This document shows, piece by piece, positions 56,621 through 64,000 of a stretch of 64,000 bases of DNA. Below the pieces are notes generated by a model. The model searched no databases. It worked only from the letters and a program-made list of their open reading frames with translations, and was not told the origin of the DNA. The number at the start of each line of letters is the position of its first letter. The first letter of the stretch is position 1. This stretch comes from a virus (taxonomy: Duplodnaviria > Caudoviricetes). Made by a program: the position numbers and the translations under genes. Location: positions 63,940-127,939 of the IMG/VR virus record IMGVR_UViG_3300033076_001341; one strand, written 5' to 3'.

Positions 56621-56988
56621 TGGAACCCTTCGAAGAAAACACCATGCTTTCTCCCCAAGAATCGATCATCAACATTCTGGGACGATTGTTCAATAACGGA
56701 CATATCTCCAGCGAAGAGTTAATGCTCATGCAGCAGGAACTGGTGATGAAGCACAAACCGGTAGATGAGGACAAGGATCTGGTCACTCGACTGATTGCTG
56801 AACTTGTCAAACAAGTTGACATGCCGAAATTTACAGCTCCATCCTTGTCTCCTTTTGATGGAGTTCACCTGCAGCCTGGTAACTCACCAATGACTTTTCC
56901 AAACATCCATTCCGGAACAGGTGATTACAAAATATTCACCAGCGCAGGTGGTCCCTTCGATTTTAATCCCCGCAACTTACAACCTTAA
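56620..56988 (+). CDS. hypothetical protein
   Basis: Between terL and portal. Confidence 0.6.
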   Translation: MEPFEENTMLSPQESIINILGRLFNNGHISSEELMLMQQELVMKHKPVDEDKDLVTRLIAELVKQVDMPKFTAPSLSPFDGVHLQPGNSPMTFPNIHSGTGDYKIFTSAGGPFDFNPRNLQP

Positions 56989-56996
56989 CATCCACG

Positions 56997-59723
56997 ATGC
57001 CTAAAATTTATAACGCACTCCAACTCAAGAACGGTGCAAAAGCAGATTATAACAAGATGGGTACCATTACCCAGCCTGTTCAGTTTCTTCCCAACAAGGA
57101 CAAGAACGATGAGTGGGCAGCATGGAATGTAGACTGGTTGGAACTACAGGGACTCAAGCAGCTGCGACGCAATGCTCGCCGGTTGCTCAAAAACTACAAG
57201 CTCGCCAACGGGATCATTGACAAGACCGATTACATGGTCGAAGATGACAACGAGCAGGCAGAGTTGATTGATATCTTAACTCGCCAGGATGAGACAGCAC
57301 TGGAGTTAAAGTTCTACCCGATCATACCTAACGTAGTAAACGTCATGGTGGGTGAATTTGCCAAGCGTGCAGATCGTATCATGTACCGCGCCGTCGATGA
57401 TCTTTCCTACAACGAAATGATGGAGGAAAAACGTGCGATGGTCGAAGATCACCTCATTGCATACGCTGAGCAGAAACTGATTCAGAATATGATTGCTCAG
57501 GGTGCTGATCCAAACGATCCTGAACTGCAACAACAAATGCAGCAACAGATCAAGTCACTTCCTGAAATCCAACAGTTCTTCACCAAGTCCTACCGTTCGA
57601 TGTATGAACAGTGGGCAACGCACCAGCACAAGGTGGACGAAGAGCGTTTCTTTATGAAGGAGTTGGAAACTACCGGCTTCCGGGATATGCTGACTACGGA
57701 TAGAGAGTTCTGGCACTTCCGCATGCTGGAAGACGATTATGAAGTCGAGTTGTGGAACCCTGTCTTGACCTTCTATCACAAGAGTCCGGATGTACGCTAC
57801 GTATCGCAAGGAAACTGGGTAGGAAAGATTGAACTGATCACCCTCTCTGATATCATCGACAAGTATGGTTACATGATGACCGATGAACAGCTGGAGGCGC
57901 TGGAACATATTTATCCCGTCAAGAGTGCTGGTTACCCAATCCTGGGACAGCAAAACGATGGTACCTTCTACGATGCTACGCGCTCCCACGAGTGGAACAC
58001 CAACATGCCTTCATTGGGTATGCGTCAATTCATGAGTGTGACGGATAATTTCCTGAGCATGGGCGATGACCTGATTACGCAAATCACTTCACAGAGCGAG
58101 GATCTGATCGACTACGGTACCTACCAGATGCTGCGTGTGACCACGGTCTACTGGAAAAGTCAGCGTATGGTGGGTCACCTCACCAAGATCACCGAAGATG
58201 GCATGATCATCCAGGAAGTAGTTACCGAGGATTACAAGATAACTGAGAAACCCATTTACAACACCTCGCTCAATAAAAACAAAACCGCTGAGACATTGGT
58301 ATTCGGAGAACACATTGAGTGGATCTGGATCAACCAGGTGTGGAGCGGTATCAAGATTGGTCCAAACCGCCCAAGCTTCTACGGTTCTGCTGACGTCAAC
58401 GGCGTACAACCCATTTACCTGAACATCAAACCAGTTCCTTTCCAGTTCAAAGGTGACTTCACGCTGTACGGCTGTAAGCTGCCGGTAGAAGGATCTGTGT
58501 TCAGTGACCGGAACTCCAAGAGTGTGTCGCTGGTCGATAAGATGAAACCCTATCAGATTGGCTACAACATGGTGAACAACCAGATTGCAGACATCCTGAT
58601 CGATGAGCTTGGTACGGTGATCATGATGGATCAGAACGCGCTTCCCAAGCACTCCATGGGTGAAGACTGGGGTCGTGGAAACTTTGCCAAAGCATACGTG
58701 GCAATGAAGGACTTCCAGATGCTTCCGCTTGATACATCCATCACCAATACAGAAAACGCGCTGAACTTTCAGCACTACCAGGTATTGAACCTGGAGCAGT
58801 CACAGCGTTTGATGAGTCGTATCCAGCTGGCTAATTACTTCAAGCAGCAGGCATTTGAGACCATTGGTATCTCTCCGCAACGTATGGGTGCTGTAAACGC
58901 GCAGGAAACCGCCACAGGGGTACAACAAGCGATCAACCAGAGTTACTCCCAGACTGAGATGTATTTCGTGCAGCACAGCGAGTATTTGATGCCTCGTGTG
59001 CACCAGATGCGCACCGACCTGGCGCAGTACTACCAAAGCAAACGACCCAGCGTCCGCCTGCAGTACATGACCACCATGGACGAGCGCGTGAACTTCCAGA
59101 TCAACGGAACGGATTTACTGGCGCGTGATTTCAATATTTTCTGCACCACCAAGGTCAACACCAGACAAGTGATGGACAGTATCCGACAGCTTGCGATGAG
59201 TAACAACACGAGCGGTGCAAGTATCTATGACCTGGGTAACCTGATCAAAGCAGAAAGCATGGCAGAGATCACCCACGTCCTCAAAGAAGTGGAAGAGAAA
59301 GTACAAGGTCAACAACAACAAGCACAGGAGTCTGCCAAGCAAATCGAAGAGATGCGTCAGCAGGCAGAATCAGAACGCCAGCAGCAGAAGCTTCAGTGGG
59401 ACGCCGAACAAAAAGCACTCGACCGTCAAAACGCGGTGGATGTGGCAGAAGTTCGCTCCGCTGGATTCGGTGCAATGAAAGACCTCGATAACAACCAGCA
59501 GAACGACTACATGGATTCTCTGGAGGTCCTGGACAAGAAGCGCAAGGATCAGCAGGAGTTGAACCTCCGACGCGAAGACAGCATCATGCGTCAGAACAGC
59601 GATATGCAGAAGAACCAACTCAAACGGGAAGAGCTGCAGATCCGACGTGAGATCGCTGACAAACAGGTACAGGTCGCCCGCGAAAACAAGAATCGCTACG
59701 ACAAGAAGTCCAGCAAAGACTAG
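56997..59723 (+). CDS. portal protein (crAss-like)
   Basis: 908 aa after terL; YPIIPN..N...GE, SLVDKMKPYQ, GISPQRMG, Q-rich C-terminal coil. Confidence 0.88.
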   Translation: MPKIYNALQLKNGAKADYNKMGTITQPVQFLPNKDKNDEWAAWNVDWLELQGLKQLRRNARRLLKNYKLANGIIDKTDYMVEDDNEQAELIDILTRQDETALELKFYPIIPNVVNVMVGEFAKRADRIMYRAVDDLSYNEMMEEKRAMVEDHLIAYAEQKLIQNMIAQGADPNDPELQQQMQQQIKSLPEIQQFFTKSYRSMYEQWATHQHKVDEERFFMKELETTGFRDMLTTDREFWHFRMLEDDYEVELWNPVLTFYHKSPDVRYVSQGNWVGKIELITLSDIIDKYGYMMTDEQLEALEHIYPVKSAGYPILGQQNDGTFYDATRSHEWNTNMPSLGMRQFMSVTDNFLSMGDDLITQITSQSEDLIDYGTYQMLRVTTVYWKSQRMVGHLTKITEDGMIIQEVVTEDYKITEKPIYNTSLNKNKTAETLVFGEHIEWIWINQVWSGIKIGPNRPSFYGSADVNGVQPIYLNIKPVPFQFKGDFTLYGCKLPVEGSVFSDRNSKSVSLVDKMKPYQIGYNMVNNQIADILIDELGTVIMMDQNALPKHSMGEDWGRGNFAKAYVAMKDFQMLPLDTSITNTENALNFQHYQVLNLEQSQRLMSRIQLANYFKQQAFETIGISPQRMGAVNAQETATGVQQAINQSYSQTEMYFVQHSEYLMPRVHQMRTDLAQYYQSKRPSVRLQYMTTMDERVNFQINGTDLLARDFNIFCTTKVNTRQVMDSIRQLAMSNNTSGASIYDLGNLIKAESMAEITHVLKEVEEKVQGQQQQAQESAKQIEEMRQQAESERQQQKLQWDAEQKALDRQNAVDVAEVRSAGFGAMKDLDNNQQNDYMDSLEVLDKKRKDQQELNLRREDSIMRQNSDMQKNQLKREELQIRREIADKQVQVARENKNRYDKKSSKD

Positions 59724-59758
59724 TCTTTATAAGTTCTCCAATAGTTATGTTACACGTG

Positions 59759-59785
59759 GAACCCTGCTCTTACCGGCAGGGTTTC
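59759..59785 (+). terminator. terminator after the portal gene
   Basis: ACCCTGC-TCTTACCG-GCAGGGT-TTC. Confidence 0.6.
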
Positions 59786-59922
59786 TCATTTTCCATACCC
59801 AAAGCGGGTTTTGGTTAGCGATATAGTACGGGTTTGTCCAAATAATAGTCTACAGATAACTCTCCAACGTTTAAAATTCTGTAGATTATTAATGTAGACC
59901 TCGGTCGCAAACCAACCAAAGT

Positions 59923-61155
59923 ATGACAACCCAGCCTAACCTGACTACCACGTCCACTGAGGACATAGTCGACATTGATCAGTTCTTACCCTTACCTGGT
60001 GCAGACGATATCCTCGATGGAGGAGACAACCAGAAACCAAACATGTTCAGCACTCCAAAAGAGGTAGACACTTCTTTCTTGGATGACGATACCTCCGGTG
60101 ACGATCCAGGGGATGGTACACCCAAACCCAAAACGACCGACACGGTGGACAGTGTACTGGATGACTTAAACAGTGATGATGATAATCAAGATGATCCAAA
60201 GAAATCACCCGGACGTCAACGCATCGATAAAAGTGGTTTGGTAGAAACCTTCACCAAACTCATTGACAAAGGAACCATCATTCCTTTTGAAGATGACAAA
60301 AAACTGGAAGACTACTCAGTCAAAGACTGGGAAGAACTTCTGGAAGCAAACATGCAGGAGCGCGAACGCCAGTTGCGTGAGCAAACTCCTAAAGAGTTCT
60401 TTGAATCCTTACCCGAGGAATTACAATACGCTGCTAAGTACGTAGCTGACGGTGGAAATGATCTGAAAGGATTGTTCCGTGCACTTGCCTCTGTCGAAGA
60501 GTCACGTTCACTAGACCCACAAAACGATGCGGACGCTATTGCACGACACTACCTGATGGCAACTCAGTTCGGAACCGAAGAAGAGATTGCTGAACAAATC
60601 CAGGAGTGGAACGAGCTAGGTGTGCTTGAAAAGAAAGCAGGCGGGTTCAAACCAAAGTTGGACCGCATGCAGGAACAAATGGTTCAGGCGCAGCTTGCCC
60701 AGCAAGAGCAACTTAAGCAGCAACGTGAAGATGCCATGAAGCAGTACGTAGACAATGTATACGAGACTGTGAAAGCCGGCGAAATCAACGGCATCAAGCT
60801 GGACAAAAAAACCCAGGCGTTCATCTTCACCGAAATGACTCAACCCAAGTATGACTCCATTAGTGGAAAGAAAGTCAACCTGCTGGGTCACCTCCTCGAA
60901 AAATACCAGTTCGTAGAACCTAACTACGGAATCATTGCTGAAGCAATGTGGTTACTGAGCAACCCCGACGAATACAAAACACAGATTCGTCAGCAAGGTC
61001 AGAACGCAGCTACACAAGACACCGTACGCAAGCTCAAAACCGAACAGTCCAACCGCATTTCATCTAATCCCGCAGATGATAAAGACGACGACACCTCTTC
61101 TCGCTCCTCTCGCAAATCAATCCCACGTCCGACAGGAAACTTCTTCAAACGCTAA
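59923..61155 (+). CDS. acidic putative capsid scaffolding protein
   Basis: D-rich disordered N-terminus and coiled coil; between portal and major capsid gene as in crAss-like phages. Confidence 0.65.
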   Translation: MTTQPNLTTTSTEDIVDIDQFLPLPGADDILDGGDNQKPNMFSTPKEVDTSFLDDDTSGDDPGDGTPKPKTTDTVDSVLDDLNSDDDNQDDPKKSPGRQRIDKSGLVETFTKLIDKGTIIPFEDDKKLEDYSVKDWEELLEANMQERERQLREQTPKEFFESLPEELQYAAKYVADGGNDLKGLFRALASVEESRSLDPQNDADAIARHYLMATQFGTEEEIAEQIQEWNELGVLEKKAGGFKPKLDRMQEQMVQAQLAQQEQLKQQREDAMKQYVDNVYETVKAGEINGIKLDKKTQAFIFTEMTQPKYDSISGKKVNLLGHLLEKYQFVEPNYGIIAEAMWLLSNPDEYKTQIRQQGQNAATQDTVRKLKTEQSNRISSNPADDKDDDTSSRSSRKSIPRPTGNFFKR

Positions 61156-61188
61156 CAACACAAAACAAACTTATACCCTAACTAAACA

Positions 61189-62805
61189 ATGGCAACTCCA
61201 GTATTAAACAACGGTCTGTTCTTGCGTGACACCCAGTACAAGGTGCAGTCACACTTGGACTCCTACCACTTGGTGAACATGCTTAAGTCTAGCGAACCCA
61301 TGGATTTGGGTCCTGTAGACTTATGGGCAATGGCGCAAAAGGTAGAAATGCCTCTTTACCAGATGGCATCATTCGGTGGTAAAAACACCATCATGGTTGA
61401 CAACGCTCGCGGCGAGTACAAATGGCAGGTTCCTGTGGTACAGGATCTTCCTTACGTTACCGAAGATGTAGAATCTAATTCTACTCCTGGTGTGGACGGT
61501 ACTACGTTCAAGATCAAATTGAACAAGCGTATTTTCGGTCACGGTGATATCATCACCTACGATAAATACAACGGTGTAGAATTGTACATCACTGCTGAAG
61601 ATATTCTTCCTGCAGGTGATGGTTTCATCTACACAGTTCAGATTGTCAACAACGACAACACCAAGTATTTCGACAAGAACTACATGAAACCTGGCGTGAA
61701 GTATTTCCGCAAAGGTTCTGCTCGTGGCGAATACGGTGAAAAATTCTCTGACATTGGAGAAATCTCTGCTGGTTACCGCGAGTTCTACAACTTCGTGGGT
61801 GGTGCAGAAGCACACGTACACTATTCTATCTCTTCTCGCGCAGAGTTGATGATGAAAGGTGGTATGAACCAGGATGGTTCAGTTCCTGTAACTGAGATCT
61901 GGAGAAACTTCGACAAATCTGTTGACCCTTCAATCACCTCTATTGACGAGATGGTTAAGAAGATGGGTAAGGAATTCGTTCGTAAAGCTTACGATAACGG
62001 AAACTTGTCCAGGACTTTCGTAACCAACTTGGAAGCAGCTCACTTGACCAAGATTGCAACTGACATCGAAACCTACTTGATGTGGGGACAAGGTGGACGT
62101 GTGAAGCAGGATGGTCCAGATGACATCCGCTTGTCAGTAGGTCTTTGGAAGCAGTTGGATAACGCCTTCAAACGCGTGTACAACAAAGGTTCTTTCACAT
62201 TGGAATTGTTCCGTTCTGAAATCTTCAACTTCTACAATGGTAAGGTTGAGTTCAAAGGTCCAGATCCTAAGCGTCAGATCATCGTTCAAACCGGTATGGC
62301 TGGTATGAAGATGGTGAACGAGGCGATCAAGAAGGAAGCTTTGGGTGCAGGTTTGGTTGTTCAGGCTGCAGACATCGGGGCGATCACTGGTAAAGGAATG
62401 GACTTGAACTTCGGTTTTGCGTTCACTTCTTACACCATTCCTTTCTTGGCAAACGTGAAGTTTGTTTTGAACCCTGCTTTTGACAACGTTCACACCAACG
62501 ACATCGAGAACCCTATCGTAGATGGTTTCCCATTGTCTTCTTACAACTTCATCGTGTTCGATATCACCGACAACACCAACGACAACATCTACTTGTTGAA
62601 GTTGAAGTGGGATAACGAATTGAAGTGGTTCTACCAAAACGGTACCATGGACTACATGGGTCGTACTCAAGGTTTCAACAGCTCTGGAAACTTCAACGGT
62701 TACAGAGTGTACATGACTCAAACAATGCCTGCAATCTGGGTGAAAGACCCTACAAAGGTGTTGAAGATTGTTATGAGAAACCCAGTAACTGGCGCATCTC
62801 TGTAA
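61189..62805 (+). CDS. major capsid protein (crAss-like)
   Basis: 538 aa, strongly biased codons, terL-portal-scaffold-MCP order, C-terminal IWVKDPTK. Confidence 0.85.
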   Translation: MATPVLNNGLFLRDTQYKVQSHLDSYHLVNMLKSSEPMDLGPVDLWAMAQKVEMPLYQMASFGGKNTIMVDNARGEYKWQVPVVQDLPYVTEDVESNSTPGVDGTTFKIKLNKRIFGHGDIITYDKYNGVELYITAEDILPAGDGFIYTVQIVNNDNTKYFDKNYMKPGVKYFRKGSARGEYGEKFSDIGEISAGYREFYNFVGGAEAHVHYSISSRAELMMKGGMNQDGSVPVTEIWRNFDKSVDPSITSIDEMVKKMGKEFVRKAYDNGNLSRTFVTNLEAAHLTKIATDIETYLMWGQGGRVKQDGPDDIRLSVGLWKQLDNAFKRVYNKGSFTLELFRSEIFNFYNGKVEFKGPDPKRQIIVQTGMAGMKMVNEAIKKEALGAGLVVQAADIGAITGKGMDLNFGFAFTSYTIPFLANVKFVLNPAFDNVHTNDIENPIVDGFPLSSYNFIVFDITDNTNDNIYLLKLKWDNELKWFYQNGTMDYMGRTQGFNSSGNFNGYRVYMTQTMPAIWVKDPTKVLKIVMRNPVTGASL

Positions 62806-62884
62806 TCTGACCCTATAGGAAACGCCGGGTAGTTCTTCTACCCGGCAACTTTCCGAACCCCTCCATGGATAGTCTCCATGGACC

Positions 62885-62929
62885 GAACTGGACAGTCGGT
62901 GTCACTCAGAGTTCAACTCTCTGCAGTTC
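62885..62929 (+). ncRNA. tRNA minihelix-like element
   Basis: GAACTG-GACAGTCGGTGTC-ACT-CAGAG-TTCAACT-CTCTG-CAGTTC. Confidence 0.45.
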
Positions 62930-62967
62930 TCGAAAAACCCGGGATACCGGTAACCAACAACCAACCA

Positions 62968-63984
62968 ATGAGTGTAACAATAGTAGAAGGCAGCAATTCT
63001 GCGAAGCAGGGTTCTGCAATTGCGATCCGACCCTATGTTGAATCAGGTTCAACAAACATGGGTCTTGAAAAGTACAACCTTGCCCTGTACGACGGGATAT
63101 TCCACGAAGAACAGCTGGCATGTTTGGAAAGAAACGGAATCAAGCAGTACGTAACCGGTTTAAACGAGTTCGCTCCGGAGATCCAGTTACTTCCTGAAGA
63201 AGAGAAAAATGCTAAGGTGAAAGAAATCAGAACCTTGGTAGCGACTTTGGAGAAGATGCTTGCTTCTAACGTTCTTGACGTTAATGATTCAGAGTTCTGG
63301 AACAAAGTGAAAGTACTTCGTCCGGACAATGGTGACTTCTGGGACAAGATCATCCTTCGAATGAGTAATGATCCTGTGTACCTAGATCCTTCAAAAGATC
63401 CACACGATTTGATCAAGCTAAGAGCAATCGAAGCTGGTGGGTTCTCTTTAGTAGGTAAATCATTGGAACACGCTCGCACCATGCCGAAACCTCCTAAGTT
63501 TTACTTAGACAAATACGAGGAGACTGCAGGAACGAAGACTGAAATGAAGAAGATCCGTAACAAAGCGTTGGCTGAGTTGCAGAAGCTCTTTGACAAGAAC
63601 GTTAATAAACTCTTGTATGTGTGCAAGGTTATTGATCCTAACAGTGCACAATACCGCAAGAGCACGCCTAACGATGTGATGTATGATATCATGGACCGCT
63701 ACATCAACGGTGAGTCTATTGAGACCAACAAGCGTCGTGCAGCACAAACATTCTTAGACGTTGCCTCTTTGGATATGGAGACATTGAAATTGCGTGCGAT
63801 TGTTAAGGATGCTACCTACTACAAAATGATTGCCTTCCGTGGCGATGGTTTCATCTACCACATGAAGTCAAGCACTGTACTGGGTAAAAACCCAAGTGAT
63901 GTAACTGAGTACTTGAAGAACCCTTTGAATGAACAAATTCTTTTAGACTTAAGCAAGAACCTGGAGAAGTTTTGGAATCAGTAA
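62968..63984 (+). CDS. protein downstream of the major capsid gene
   Basis: Start MSVTI; YLDPSKDPHD, YLKNPLN; crAss-like gene order. Confidence 0.75.
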   Translation: MSVTIVEGSNSAKQGSAIAIRPYVESGSTNMGLEKYNLALYDGIFHEEQLACLERNGIKQYVTGLNEFAPEIQLLPEEEKNAKVKEIRTLVATLEKMLASNVLDVNDSEFWNKVKVLRPDNGDFWDKIILRMSNDPVYLDPSKDPHDLIKLRAIEAGGFSLVGKSLEHARTMPKPPKFYLDKYEETAGTKTEMKKIRNKALAELQKLFDKNVNKLLYVCKVIDPNSAQYRKSTPNDVMYDIMDRYINGESIETNKRRAAQTFLDVASLDMETLKLRAIVKDATYYKMIAFRGDGFIYHMKSSTVLGKNPSDVTEYLKNPLNEQILLDLSKNLEKFWNQ

Positions 63985-64000
63985 GAAGTAATCAATGAAT

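Noticed and set aside
6518-62805. Introns or inteins in polB, terL or the major capsid gene
   Set aside because: Genes are continuous and of plausible size, with no intein or homing-endonuclease motifs seen
1-64000. Stop-codon reassignment, seen in some crAss-like phages
   Set aside because: PolB, terL, portal and major capsid genes are uninterrupted in code 11, TAG and TGA act as stops, and no suppressor tRNA was found

Overview
A 64-kb segment of a crAss-like (Crassvirales-type) Bacteroidota phage genome in the standard genetic code. From left to right: the end of a tail/structural block and a lysis cassette (+, 1-4.7 kb); a long minus-strand replication and nucleotide-metabolism arm (PolB, primase, DnaB, SF2 helicase, UDG, ThyA, SplB-like radical SAM, MoxR/vWA); a tyrosine integrase beside a half tRNA-Met that looks like attP; an early-type region of small ORFs packed with non-coding RNAs (38-45 kb); a G-tract strand-switch junction (~46 kb); and the late arm (+) with tmRNA, tRNAs, Tad2 and Acb2/Tad1-like anti-defence genes, GroES, terminase, portal and major capsid protein. 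The most unusual content is RNA-level: two twister-type ribozymes carrying large insertions, a pistol ribozyme, and a family of tRNA-shaped RNAs with replaced anticodon arms, all on the same minus strand around a nucleotidyltransferase gene. All calls come from reading motifs by eye; no searches or folding programs were run.
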